From contig JBHGNT010000002.1 of assembly GCA_043228905.1 (NCBI GenBank), positions 23,312,001-23,376,000 on the forward strand: a DNA stretch of 64,000 bases, in the 5' to 3' direction. The notes under the pieces were generated by a model. It did not search any database. It saw only the letters and a program-made list of their open reading frames with translations, and was not told the DNA's origin. The first letter of the stretch is position 1. Each line of letters opens with the position of its first letter. The translations under genes were made by a program, and so were the position numbers. This DNA is from Azolla caroliniana (lineage: Eukaryota > Plantae > Polypodiophyta). Positions 14,820 through 27,867 of this stretch are shown in pieces.

Positions 14820-15045
14820 CAATCCATTTAAGTCATATTACGGGATTTGATCGCTTTAAGTCTGTTTCTGTCTCATCATATTACGAGATTTGCACAATCC
14901 AAATCAGTTTCTTAGGTATGACCCCTTGAAGTCTGTTATGTCTCATCATATCGTGGGAACGGCCCAGTCCATATCGGTTTCTTAGGTATGATCTCCGACA
15001 TGTTTGATATGTCTCATCATATTACGGGATATGCATTCCATAATA
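14820..15045. repeat. Degenerate ~70-bp tandem repeat
   Basis: TCTCATCATATTACGGGA-like core at ~14831, 14871, 14941, 15012. Confidence 0.6.
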
Positions 15046-15179
15046 CATTGATGCTTTTTTTACCTTTCTAACATGAATGTCTTCCGTTGGGTTTTACCTA
15101 ATTCAAATGATTTTTGAACTTAACACCAAGCCATTTTGAGGTCAAATATACCCACTTACTAACCCTAGTCCACGGCATA

Positions 15180-16870
15180 TTGCCTGGTTGATGGCAATGC
15201 ACTGTTTTGGTTGTCTCTGCTCGACTGCAACTTCAAACAATCACATGAAATGATCCTCAAGAAGCATGATACAAGTCTCGTGATCAAGGTTGTAGATACA
15301 TTGTACCACTATTACATCAAGAACCAATATTCAAATTTGCATCAATCAGAAAATATCAATATATAATGACAATGGTCATGGCAATGCACTTTTCTATTGG
15401 CCTTCCGTTACGAGCGCAATACCAAATGCTTGACTGCAATGTCATTATACATCATAACTTAAAAGAATCACATGAGATGATCCATAAGAAACATTATGTA
15501 CGTTCCAGATGAGATCAAGGTTGTAGATATCGTGTATCGCTATTACATTGACAATCAATATTCAACATTGCATCAACCCGAAACATCATATACTAAGAAT
15601 GGTTTCAACAATACATTGTGCTAACGTTCCGATACCAGCACAATATTGAATATTACAACTGCAACTTCATTATCCATCATAACTTCAAACAACCACATGA
15701 GAACATGTTCAAGAAGCCTGATATGGGTGTCATGATCAAGCTTGTACATGCATTGTAGCACTACTACATCAAGAATCAATATTCAACCTTGCATCAACTC
15801 AGAAGTATCATATAATAAGAATGGTCATGAAAATCTGAATCCTTCCCTTACTAACACAATACCAAATGCTCGACGACAAGTTCATTATCCATCATAACTT
15901 TAAGCAATCATATAAGGTGATGCTCAAGAGAAATGAGGTCAGTCTCATGATTGAGCATGAAGATACCTTTAGTACTACTGCATCAACAATCAAATTTTAA
16001 TCTTGCTTCGATTGGGAAGTATCACATAACAAGAATGGTCATGGCAATGCAATATGTTGCCTTTCTATTACTAGCACAATACCAAATGCATGACTGCCAA
16101 CTTCATTACCCATCGTCACTTCAAGAAATCTTTGAGAAGCATGATATAAGTCTCATGATCGAGATTGTTTTAGCACATCAAAAAGCAATGCTCAACCTTG
16201 TATCGATACAAAAGTATCATATAATAAGAACAGTCATAGCAATGCATTATGCTTGCTTTCCGTTCCTAAACAAATATGCCAAATGCTTGACTACAACCTT
16301 ATTATCCATCATAACTTCAAACAATCTCACTAAGCAGTGCTTGAGAAACATGATGTAACCTCATGATCAAGCTTGTAGCTACCTTGTATTTGCATCACAT
16401 TGAAAATCAATATTCAACCTTGCATCAATCAAGAAGAATCATAATAAGAATGATCATGAATATGCATTGTCTTGCGTTTCCATTACTAACACGATACCCA
16501 AATGCTTGACTACAGTGTCATTACCCATCATTAGTTCAAACAATCACACAAGGCGATCTTTGAGCCTCATGATCTAAGTCACAATGATCAAGCTTGTAGA
16601 TACCTTGTAGCACTATTGCATCAAGAATCAATAGTCAACCTTGTATCAATTGAGAAGTATCATATAATAAGCATGTTGATGGTAATGCACTATGTTGCAT
16701 TTCAGTCACTAGCACAATTCCCTATAAGTAACTACAACTTCATTTTCCATCATAACTTCAATCTGTCTTAGGATTAGTGCTCAAGAAACATGATGTAAGT
16801 CTTATAATTGAGCTTGTAGCCCTACTACATCAATTGATTGGGAAGAGTCATGTACAATAAGAATGCATCT
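15180..16870. repeat. Diverged ~210-230-bp tandem array (~8 copies) in MADS intron 1
   Basis: GATCAAG(G/C)TTGTAG anchor at ~15282, 15513, 15734, 15949, 16157, 16365, 16587, 16807 with shared downstream blocks. Confidence 0.8.
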
Positions 16871-18306
16871 ATGCTCTACCTTCGATATCCATCATGTAGT
16901 CGTGAATGGCCTAGATTTTTGCTAGCTTGTATTGTTACATAGATAATTAAGAGAGAACCTAAGAACTAATTAGAACCCATCACATAGTAAGGATGGCAGA
17001 CTATAACTTCAATATCCATTGTGTAGCTTCAAAAACAATTGAGGTTTATCTATTGTTACATATATTACAAATCATATATAGTCTACATATAGTATACAAC
17101 TTATGATGTTTTTCATCAAAGTTTGTCACTTTATTGTCACAAGGTGTAACTTACCTAAAACTAGGCCAAAGTCTAGGAAACCATGATAATTAAGCATGTC
17201 ATAACATTGAAGGTATTTTCACAAATCTTGACTATAAAAAAGAAACGTTAACATGAGTTCAATGCAAAAGAAGTTGAAGTACTTGAAGGTGCCAAGTCAT
17301 TGAGTCATAAATTAAATGCACAAGAATCCATCAAAGAATCTAGTCATGTATTATTTGTCCAACAGAGATACCCTCTGGAGTTGCTAGTATATTCTTAGTT
17401 ACCTAGGTACTTGGGAATCTAGAACATATCGTTTTAAAATAGGAGATCGTTGCCTACCTATGATTCTTCCCCGAAGGCATTTGTTTAATTGTTTGTATGG
17501 TTCATTGCTTCATTATGTTTGTAGTAATCAGTGTAATCTCCCTTCAAGTGCAAGTTTCACTTTCACTGTTGTAACGACATATTCGCATTCTTTTGCCCAC
17601 ACCGAAAGTTGACCATTGGGGCAACATAAAAAAGACAAAGACAAAGAGAAACCCACAATAGGATAGTTTAAATAATAAAAGTGAAATAGTTAAAAGTTAC
17701 ATGATATTAGTCTTTTATAGGTTGTTGGGATGTTATATTGGTTCGGAAGTGTTGATCAGATAAGAAAAATGGTTAAGAGATGTGCATTCATTACACAATC
17801 ATCACTTTAAAAAATAGTTCATCTAAATCCTTAATTATTTAAAAACTCTCTGTTATAGATTCCCAAGCACCTAAGTATCTAAGGATCTTGTAGTAACAAA
17901 ACATCCAATCTCATTGGGCAACTCAATTGGACACAAGAGACACACAGGATATTTGGGAGTTTCAAGCTCTTTTATGTCTTTATGCCCTCCAACATAAACC
18001 ACCAACAATGAGCCATTTTCTAGTATAGATGAGACGATACTAACAGGGATGATGGAAGTGATGCCTTCAAACTAGGTGAGTGTACATGGAGTGCTCGCCA
18101 CAAGTTGAAGTATGATTTGTGACCGACAACAATGATGGTGGTGATGGTATCATACCATCAATCATTCATGTAGAGAGTATTGGATACCAAGTTTTTTTCT
18201 CTCTTAACTTATAATATTATATTAAAAATATGCTCTCAAGATCCTATATCATTAAGTGTATGTTGATTTAGTATAGCAATGTCGTTGGGAGGACTGAAAA
18301 TCCTTT

Positions 18307-18570
18307 GGGCAGTGGTTCAAAACCACTCCTAAACCGTGAATTATTAGGTTCAAATGTAAATTATGCAAGTGTAACTAAAACCTGAAACCTCTTTGAGTTA
18401 GAGCCACAAAGCTCTTTATATGTCCTTAAGTTGCTTTTTCGGGCAGTGGTTCAAAACCACTCCTAAACCGTGAATTATTAGGTTCAAATCTAAATTATGC
18501 AAATGGAACTAAAACTTGAAACCTCTTTGAGTTAGAGCCACAAAGCTCTTTATATGTCCTTAAGTTGCAA
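18307..18570. repeat. Tandem duplication (~134 bp x2)
   Basis: GGGCAGTGGTTCAAAACCACTCC...CTTAAGTTGC at 18307 and 18441. Confidence 0.85.
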
Positions 18571-20090
18571 GAGCGAAGCAGAGAAAATGCGGCAAAGCCA
18601 CTAGTGTTCACGGGAATGCATACACGAAGGCGAGAAAGCGCTGTAGCTTTCGGAGACAAGGTCGTTCATGTTCCCATCTGTGTGATGTGGGTGCCACAGT
18701 ACATGCTAACCTCGCATAACTTCTCCAAGAACTTTCCATATAAAGGGATTCCGCTTTTTAATCATACTCCTGGCAACCCGTAGATTATGAGCAAGGTATC
18801 ATCCAATCAGGTTAGGAATCACGAAGGCTGGAAAAGCTCGGTCGCCAAATCTCAGGGCAATCTGCATTGATGTAACGACAGAGATGGACCTACGATAACT
18901 AAACGACCTGAATAAACAACCCAACGATTAGATTCTCACGGAAATCGTCCCTCTTTAACCTCAACACCCTCCCAAAAGGATTCGTAAGGTCCATTATTGA
19001 TATCTCTCATTGGATGTCCACGTATACTTTTATCTATAAGGACATCCATGGCTTCTTCCCTAATCCTCGTTCGCTGCTACTAACGCAGTCTCTGTTGATT
19101 TCTTTGAGACCAAAGCTTCGCTTCTTCTCGATAGAATCATCAGGAAGCGAATCCAGGTTTTCTCTACTCATTCAAATAGGCTAAGGCCTTTTCAGTAAGT
19201 AATTCTAATTAACATAAAAGATGCCGCCACATTGCCACTATCGACATCCTAATTCCACCAATAAAGTCGTTGACTAGGGGCTTGGCACGGATGCTATCAT
19301 CGCTGATAATGAGCATGCCATAAATTTGAAATTTTCCTTCAATAATTCAAGCAATATAGAAGAGGGCCATGAAGATGCAGGATAATCAGGTCGATAAAGA
19401 ATGAGGCAAGAAAGGCCGCTTGCAAAAAAGCATAAAACAATTGTGTGGGGTAAAATTAGAGGATGGCCAAGCAATAAATCAGGTCAATGATTGAGTGATC
19501 ATTGAGCCAATAATCGATAATTGTTAGTTGAGAGGCAAGTAATCGCAGCACCCTAGCCCAATTGATAATTGACAACTGAGAGTCCAGCCATTGCTAAGTG
19601 ATAAGTGGGCCGAAGGTTCATTACCGATCCTCAAGATGATCAGAGAGTCAAGCAATCACCAATATTCAATTATAAGAGCAAAGGATTGTCAATTATCAAT
19701 ATTCATCAAGCTAAGTGAAGTTGACTGATGGTAAATGAAGCAGAGAACCTAACAATGGTCGATCAATATTGAACTGTAACTAATAACTGAGGGATCACTG
19801 ACTCGCCTACTCTTCATAGATGGAGACTATTGATCGTTCTTTCAAAGAGTTGAAAAGGTGGGAATGATGCTTCATCTATTGGAAAATGCAAATTAGGTAT
19901 AGTAACAACCAACTTTAATGGTAGTTGTAGCATGGTTACCATAGCAATACACCACAAGATATGGAGAGAGCCTCACATTTGTGGCACTAGAGGTTGCATA
20001 AATAGGGACTGACATTCGTGGCACTAGAGGTGCATATACATTTCCATCATTGACTCTTCTAACGAATATGTAATGTCTTTAATTATTTAT

Positions 20091-20600
20091 AAAGTCGATT
20101 TATAAACCTTGATCTTAGAGTTAACCCTCTCAAAAATATTTGGAGGGTTAACCTTAGTAAAGATTATATAGTAAGATCGCGTGGCACCCGTGCAAAGGTT
20201 GCGAAAAAGAGCTTCTTGCACCTTTTTTCTACTTTTATGTCTCATATTTTAGCTTTAAACTGTACGTATTTTAAAGGTTTCGCGAATAATTTTAGTTCAC
20301 TTATTTGCTATCTATCTATACATAGAGAGAGAGAGAGAGAGAGAGAATATGTAATGGTTTTTATTATATATAAAGTCGATTTATAACCCTTGATCTTGGA
20401 ATTAACCCTCTCAATATCTTTAGATACTTAGCTTTGGTAAAGATTATGCAATAAGATTCTGTGGAATCCGTGCGAAAGTTGCAAAAAACCGCTTCTTGCA
20501 CTGTTTTTCTACTTTTGTATCTCATATTTTAGCTTTAAATTATTGGCATTTTAAAGGTTTTGGGTAAACAATTTTAGTTCAGTTATTTGCTCATCTATCA
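20091..20600. repeat. Diverged tandem duplication (~281 bp x2), each copy ending in GA/GT microsatellite
   Basis: AAAGTCGATTTATAA..CTTGATCTT at 20091 and 20372. Confidence 0.8.
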
Positions 20601-20700
20601 GAGAGTGTGTGTGTGTGGGTGAGAGAGAGAGATTACCGAAAGATATGTGTGTGTGTGTGTGAGAGAGAGAGAGATTACCGAAATAAATATGTGTGTGTGA

Positions 20701-20740
<40 letters not shown>

Positions 20741-21203
20741 AAGACTATTGATAATGGAAGCATCATTAAACTACTCATACACTTTATTTCCTGTATTAGT
20801 AGTACGTATGGAGAACAGTTACACTGTTGCTTTTCCAAATATATCTAGATATCGAAGCATCATAATTAAACTAATCACCACACTATTCTATATGTAGCTA
20901 CATATTAAACACTGTTAGACAATTACGTTTTATGATCATATATCTATACATATTGCTAAATATTGGTGCATCATTAGACTTTAACTTTTCCATTAATATT
21001 GGGGCGTCCTGATTAAATCAATAGTCCTTTATAAGCACAATTTATGAACTAGGCATATAATATTAATTCTATTCTAATGAATGTTCAACATTTAACAATG
21101 ATAACTGGGCATTAAAATGCTACTTCTCTACATAAACTAGCTAGATACTAAAGCAACCATTAAACATAAGGGGAAATTCATATATCTAAGAAATCTCATA
21201 TTG

Positions 21204-21664
21204 CCTATTTTGGAGATTCCCTTTCATGAAAAATGAGCATTACTAAGGATATGATTAAGCAAACATCCTAACCATGAGCACATGAAAGAATGAGCCTCTA
21301 GTAAGTATAGCTAATTAGGGAATCCGGCTTCCAATAAAAACAAAGTTGAGAAATAAGAGAAGCCAATAAAAACAAAGTTGAGAAATAAGAAGTAAATTTT
21401 GATAATTAAGGCTGTCATTATCTCAAGCAGGGTATCCAATTATAAAGTAATTAATAACTATGACAATGTAATAAGCAAAACTCGTTTCTAATTATCCTAA
21501 ATCAATCTTCATTAACCTCATACGTAATTGTTTTCTATGGTTTTCTTATGTATCGATGTCATAAGGAGCCTATACTTTGAGTATATATATGCATGTAAGA
21601 AATTTCGATAAATAAGTAGTTGCTTTCTCTTTTTGAAATTCTAAGACATATAAGCCTATTTTGG
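21204..21664. promoter_or_regulatory. Two identical CArG boxes (CCTATTTTGG at 21204 and 21655) in MADS intron 1
   Basis: Exact CC(A/T)6GG matches; function untested. Confidence 0.4.
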
Positions 21665-21791
21665 TAAATATCCCTAAACGTTTTTCAGGTTTTTATGGTA
21701 ACTCTTGCAACATTGATGTAAACTTCATAAGGTGAATGAGAGAGGGAGAAAGGCAGTAGGCAGTGTTTTAGTTAAAGAGCCAGAGACACAC

Positions 21792-21837
<46 letters not shown>

Positions 21838-22009
21838 CTTTGAACAGAGCAAAATAATAAAATACAAGGGGGCTTTTGTATTGTCTACGTTTTATTATTT
21901 GTTCATTACTCCCATGGAAGGAATTAATGAAGAAGAAGAAAATAACACTGAACTGCCTTGTTGGAGATATAGAAGAAAAGGAAGGGTAAAAAGTGAGTAA
22001 TGTACTTAC

Positions 22010-22407
22010 TTGTTGGAGCTCGAGAACTCATACAGCTTTCCAGTGGCGGAGAAGATGATGAGTGCGATCTCTGCATCACAGAGAACTGAGAGCTGATGAG
22101 CTTTCTTGAGCAAACCATTTCGCCTCTTTGAGAAAGTAACCTGACGATTCGAAGTGTTCTCGATCCGACGAATCTGAATCTTTCCGCGATGAACTGAGCT
22201 CACATTTGCCATTAACTTATCTCCCCCCGCTAATTCTTCATTGTCTTCTTCTTCTTCTTCTGCTACTATGTCTTCTTGACCTCTCTTATTATTTCCTCCT
22301 CTTTTGGTTCCCCTATCTTTGTTGTGATTAATACTTTGAAGAGTAGTATTTACTCCTTGATCACCATTAACTACATCAACATTAATTATGTTGTTGCTGG
22401 AACTCAT
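22010..22407 (-). CDS. MIKC MADS-box transcription factor, coding exon 1 (N-terminal extension + MADS domain); CDS = complement(join 22010-22407,13641-13716,10738-10799,10560-10659,6200-6241,6018-6059,5535-5759)
   Basis: [55 protein letters not shown]; AA|GTAAGT donor; joined exons give 945 nt with no stop. Confidence 0.97.
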
Positions 22408-23389
22408 GATGATGCCTGCTGTATTAAAATTTCTTTGCCTTTTTTATTCCTCCTCTCGCTCAGCTTAATATGGTTATCTACTGGTTCATTGATATAGTGA
22501 CTCTGAAAGCTTTTCTGATACTCAAAACATGATTATTACTGTGTTTCTGATACTTTTCGGCAGCACAGAAACGATTGTTTGCGAATTAATGTAGTTTCTT
22601 CCTTCTGCAAAAAGTCGGTTTACCCTAACTCTATTGATAATCTCACCTCTTCGTTACTTATATTTGTTGCTTCCTTGATTCAATAATATTTATTAAGAGT
22701 TAACACAGTGCTTGGAAACGGCCGTTTTGATAAAGTGTGCAGCCATTTTGATAAAGTCTTAGACACGCCCTAGATTTCAATAACGTTTCCGATCTTCGAT
22801 TTGATTATAATTAGTTATGCATACATCTATGAAACTTTCAGAAACAATTACTGCCACTGCTCAGAAACGACCATTTCATTTGCAGTTAATGACGATCTTC
22901 TCTTTTGTTTGAAATTATAAGCAGAAAGAAGACCTCATCATCGCGTCCCAGCAAAGGTTAGATGTTGATTAATACAGCAGATTATAGAGTATTCAATGCC
23001 AAGGAATTAGATATGGCACCAAAATACAACCACTGATCAAATTGTTATCAAATGGGACTCTGCGCGTTCCTTAAGTGAGTATAGTACTTCAGTAAACGAC
23101 GGGTTCTGATTGCTCATGCTATGATTCAACTGCTGTTTCCTCGGTGTTGAGTAAACAATCAAAACTTTTCAGTCAAATGATAGGTATCAGTCCATGTAGT
23201 GATCAGATCGGCCGTTCCGCCTTTGTGGACAGACAAGCTACAGATTTCTCAGCCTTCCTAATTTTGATGAAAAAGTTAATATAAGAGATTCAAAATGGAA
23301 GGCTCGAGGGAAAACTTGTTCGTTATTTGCGTTTTCCCTGTATCATTCCCTGCAGATAACTATAATCTGCTGTTTCTATCTTGTGCAAA

Positions 23390-24401
23390 AGAAGAAAGAA
23401 GAAAATCTGCAGAACAAAGGAAAACTATTAGCTCTTTGGAAAAGAAGAGGACAAAGAAAATCTGCAGAAAAAGAGGAAGACTACTAACTCTTTGGAAAAG
23501 AAGAGGTCAAGGAAAGTATGTAGAAAAGATTTAGAAGAAGACGATGAAGAAGAAAATATGGAGGGAAAAAGGATATTAAATCTGCAGAAGAAGAAAATAT
23601 GCAGAAAAAAGACTAATTAGAAGAAGATGAAAAGGAAAATATGCAGAGAAGATAACCATTAATTCTGCAGAAAAAAAGGACTAATCAGAAGAAGGAAATA
23701 TGCAGGAAAAAAACTATTATTTCTGTAGAAGAATAAAATCTGCAGAAAAAAAAAACGAGTATTTATATGAAGATGAAGAAAATATGCAGGGAAGAAAGAC
23801 TATGAATTCTAAAGAAGAAGAAAATATGTCGAAAAAAAGACGATTAATTGTGTAGAGGAAAGATCTAGGCGAAGAAAATCTGCAAAGGAAAAAAAAGAAG
23901 CAAACTTTTGAATCGTAAAACGACGAAGAAGAGTGATTCAGAAAGAGGATATGGAAACCTGCGGGAAAAAAGCAAGAAAACGAAATACGAAGCAGAAAGG
24001 CGGAAGAAAAAAAAAAAGAAGGAAAGAGAAAATGAAGCGAAAAAAATGAAACAGCAGCAGAAGAAGAAGAAGAAGAAGAAATATGAAGCAGACACGCGTG
24101 TCTGCGGAGGAATAAGAAAACTACAGAGAAAATGAAGAGAAAAAAACAAGGCAAACGACAAAATGAAACAGCAGCAGAATCAAAAGCAGAAGCAGAAGCA
24201 GCAGAAGCAGAAGCAGAAGCAGAAGCAGAAGGAGGAGGAGGAGGAGGAGGAGGCAAGATCTGCAAAAGATTAAATGAAGAAAGAATTACTTGCAGGAAAT
24301 AAAACTTAAGAAGTCCATGCTTAAGGTAATGAAGAAGAAGAAGAAGAAGACAGATATTATTGCAGAAAGGCACATGAATAAGCAGGAGAAGAAGGCAGAT
24401 A

Positions 24402-24435
<34 letters not shown>

Positions 24436-24560
24436 AGATTAACAGGAAGAAGGAGACAATGAAGAAGGAAATGAGGAAGAAGAAGAGGAGGAAGACAAAT
24501 GAGGATGTGAAAAAATAAAAGCAGATTAGAAGAAGAAGAAAGAGAAGAAAGAGAAGGAAG
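23390..24560 (-). repeat. Purine-rich (+) / pyrimidine-rich (-) low-complexity leader region of the MADS gene with GAA, GCAGAA, GGA and GA repeats
   Basis: Simple repeats and recurring CTGCAGAA(A) motif; likely 5'UTR and leader intron (CAGCAG acceptor just upstream of the ATG). Confidence 0.6.
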
Positions 24561-25504
24561 ATTTGCTGGAGACAGAGAGGGGCAAACTCGCAGAAGTAGG
24601 GGTTCTTCTCCGTCCATCTGATTCTACTACTACTGTTACTACCTTTTTCCTTTTTCCCTTATGTTTTTTTTTGTTTTGTTTAATAGTATTTGTTTTTTCT
24701 CTCCCCTCCCCCCCATACTTTCTCGTTTTTTTGGGCTTTCGCTTTTTATTTATTTATGTGTCTACATTTCGTTTAGGACGTGAAAGGTGCTAAAATGGAG
24801 GTGCGGGTTTTCTATGCAGATTAAATATGGAAAACGTGTGGAAATGGCGAGACAAACCCCACCACTCCCCCCCTTTCTTCTTTGTCACGTGACACTCGTC
24901 AGAAACACTATAAATGGGCATCAATATATGTATGTATATAATAAATAAATAAATAAATAAACTATACATTATTTATCTCCTCCTCTTTCTCTCTCTCTTT
25001 CTTTTATGTTCACAATTCACATTCACATCAAGCGTCCTATCCCCAAATTTCCATCATGTTTTCTTTTCCTTTTTTTCTCTGATTTCTGGTCTTTACATTT
25101 TATTGATTCGTTTTTATTTTGCTGGATGAGACCTTTGCCCCCCCCCCCCCACACAAATCATGGATTTTTGGAGGGAAGCCACGCTAAATTCAGGAGAGAG
25201 AGAGAAGAAAAAAGAAAGATGAACCAGACCCATAGGGCCATATGTATTCAAGCTAAATGTGGAAGAACGTAGATGAAACGTAAAAAAGAGTTCTATCATT
25301 TTGAAAATTGAAGCCCACTTTTTGAAGTATGTATGTATCATGATTGGCTGACAAAAACATAAAACAATAATCAAAATAGGTCGGCATGCTAAATTAAGCA
25401 GTGGAGCTAGAATTAGACCAAGCTAGAAGGTAAATATAGAAGTTTAGGGAGTGTCTTGGACATATGAATGATGTATGTATGTATATGAAGCAGATTCACA
25501 AAGT

Positions 25505-25514
25505 CCATATTTGG
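25505..25514. promoter_or_regulatory. CArG box CCATATTTGG upstream of the MADS gene
   Basis: Exact CC(A/T)6GG; related CTAAATGTGG twice nearby. Confidence 0.35.
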
Positions 25515-27794
25515 AAACGAAGCTAAATGTGGAAGTGATGTTATCCAGCATAGGCTTCAAAGTTCACATCATAAACTTCATCTTCTTCTGCCGTTTCGTT
25601 TGTCGAAGTTTTTGCTTGGCTGCCAAACTTGCCTTTCATTTTGAAAGCCCTTGATTATCTACCGCGTTTTCATGCCAACAGCAGTAGGAGAGAAGCTACT
25701 CCAGAAATATTAGGGCATAAGAAATGGAGTTCAAGAAAACCAATCTTGCTGTTTTTAATTCAACTCAGACAAAAAGATGGAGTTTGTGTCCCAAACTTGG
25801 GGATACATATGGAAAAAGTTTGTTTACAGTTAGTTATAAGCGCGTTTTTTCCATAGCCTTGCTCTCCCGAGAAAATTTACAGGGATTCTGAAGGAATACT
25901 CAGAGAGCTCCGCAGTTTCTGTTCTGTTCTGTCTATCTTATGAATCCACAACTCCAAAAACAAATCGGCCAAAGTGCGAACGGGAAAAACATGGGAATTC
26001 GGTTTGTTTTTAATTCCAATTTCTTCGGATATGGCTGCTCCTCCTGCATCTTTCCCTTGGCACTAAAAGAAAAAGCACCATAAATGTTTCTGCCCATCGC
26101 TTGTAAGAGAACAACAACAACAACAATAACAACAACAAAAGAAAGAAAGAAAAGGTATAATTTAAAAACGGGCTTCTAAATTTAGCACATTCTGTTCGAA
26201 AATTTTCCAAAGATAAACACGCTTTCGAAATGGTTGAGGGTACCAAAAGGAGGGATGTCTTTTCATCAGAGTGCCAGATACGGCGTGATGCTCTCTGCCA
26301 CTATCTCTCTCTGTCTGCCACGGATTGGTTCCCTTTGTTAAACTTGCCGGGTCTTAAGTTTTAACTTTAAAAGGAGAGAATGAGACAGCCACAACGTGAC
26401 AAAACATTGGGTCTTTTTCACTCCCTCCCTTTCAATGGATTATTAAATCCCACCCCCCCCCACCCGACCCCCCATATGAGCTTCTTCATGTTTATGTGCA
26501 TTCAATATGTCGAGGGTATTTCACTAACAAATACTTAGCCAAAATAGAACATTGACAAAAAACAAAAACATCTATCTTACACATACATAGTAACATATAC
26601 ATACATCTACACCAATCTTATGAAGGCTCGATCTCGAAGTCTCGATCCGAAAAGGCTCAATCTGGAAGGCTACACATACATAGTAACATATACATACATC
26701 TACACCAATCTTATGAAGGCTCGATCTGGAAGTCTTGATCCGAAAGGCTCAATCTGGAATGCTCTGATATGAATGCATATTTGCCACACTACAAAACAAT
26801 CCCACTTCCAGGAACGACAATCTATTCCGTTGAGTGGATCATCTCATGTGGTCCATAATCTCTATGGTACATCTTTAGTAGGTTGAGTGATGGAGAAGAG
26901 TTCAAGGAAAATCGATGTAATGGACTTATCTTGTTAATCGTCAATCAAGTATGTATACCAACAACTGCAACTGCACAATCGCTTGTCGAAATTACTTGGA
27001 TGTTGCAAATTTACATGCTAGCTAGTTATGATGCAAAAGTTATACAATAAAGCATAATGGTATTTTCATAATACAAAAGGCATAATGATGGTTTTGTTTT
27101 CAACAACTCGGGAGTTATTGTGGCAATTTCTCCTTGAGAACTTATTCGAGCCTCATCTAGCATAATTGTATTGGGAGGCGGTATTCATAAAGGTGACCTT
27201 TATACAGCTCAACAAATATGTTGTATGTTGTCATTAAGTCTTTTCGAAAGATGGATCGCATAGTACAATTATATAGAGGCAATCACTTTACACATTGTGG
27301 TGCAAAAACTAGATATATATTTATGTGGTGGGTAGTAGATGCACATGTCTTTGTATTGTGTACATGTTTATATTGTGCTCATGTAGATATACTACATATA
27401 CACACATCATTCTAATTTTCAGCCAATGTCCAATGACTTATGTTTTGCTTTTAATGAATTATAATTGGCCTAAAAAGGTCCTTTGTCTATCATTATATAA
27501 GAATGAACATCACATGGGCATATGATAAAAGAAGTAGACACGCGAACCATCCATCCACACAGGGAATATATATAGATTTGTATATTGTTTTGTTAGCACT
27601 TTCAATATGTCAAATGCAAAACAGTATTCACAAAATGCAGTATTTGAAGTTGTAAAATTGCAACTACTAAAAAATTAAACAAAACAAAAATAAAACAGAG
27701 AAATGAGAGGGAAGTAGCTTCTCCTAAAGAGAATATAATAGATAGGTGGGTAGCTCCTCCTATAGGGAATAGGAAGCGAAAGGAAAAGTAAAAG

Positions 27795-27867
27795 CGCACC
27801 AGGAAGGGGTCGAACCTTCGACCTTCTGCTTAGGAAACAGACGCTCTATCCACTGAGCTACAGGCGC
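27795..27867 (-). tRNA. tRNA-Arg-CCT: tRNA-Arg (anticodon CCT), 73 nt
   Basis: GCGCCTGTAGCTCAGTGGATAGAGCGTCTGTTTCCTAAGCAGAAGGTCGAAGGTTCGACCCCTTCCTGGTGCG folds as a cloverleaf; A and B boxes intact; T4 terminators immediately downstream. Confidence 0.96.

Noticed and set aside
23717-24617. Long Phe/Ser-rich and Lys-rich ORFs upstream of the MADS gene
   Set aside because: Arise from low-complexity purine/pyrimidine skew; no domain signal
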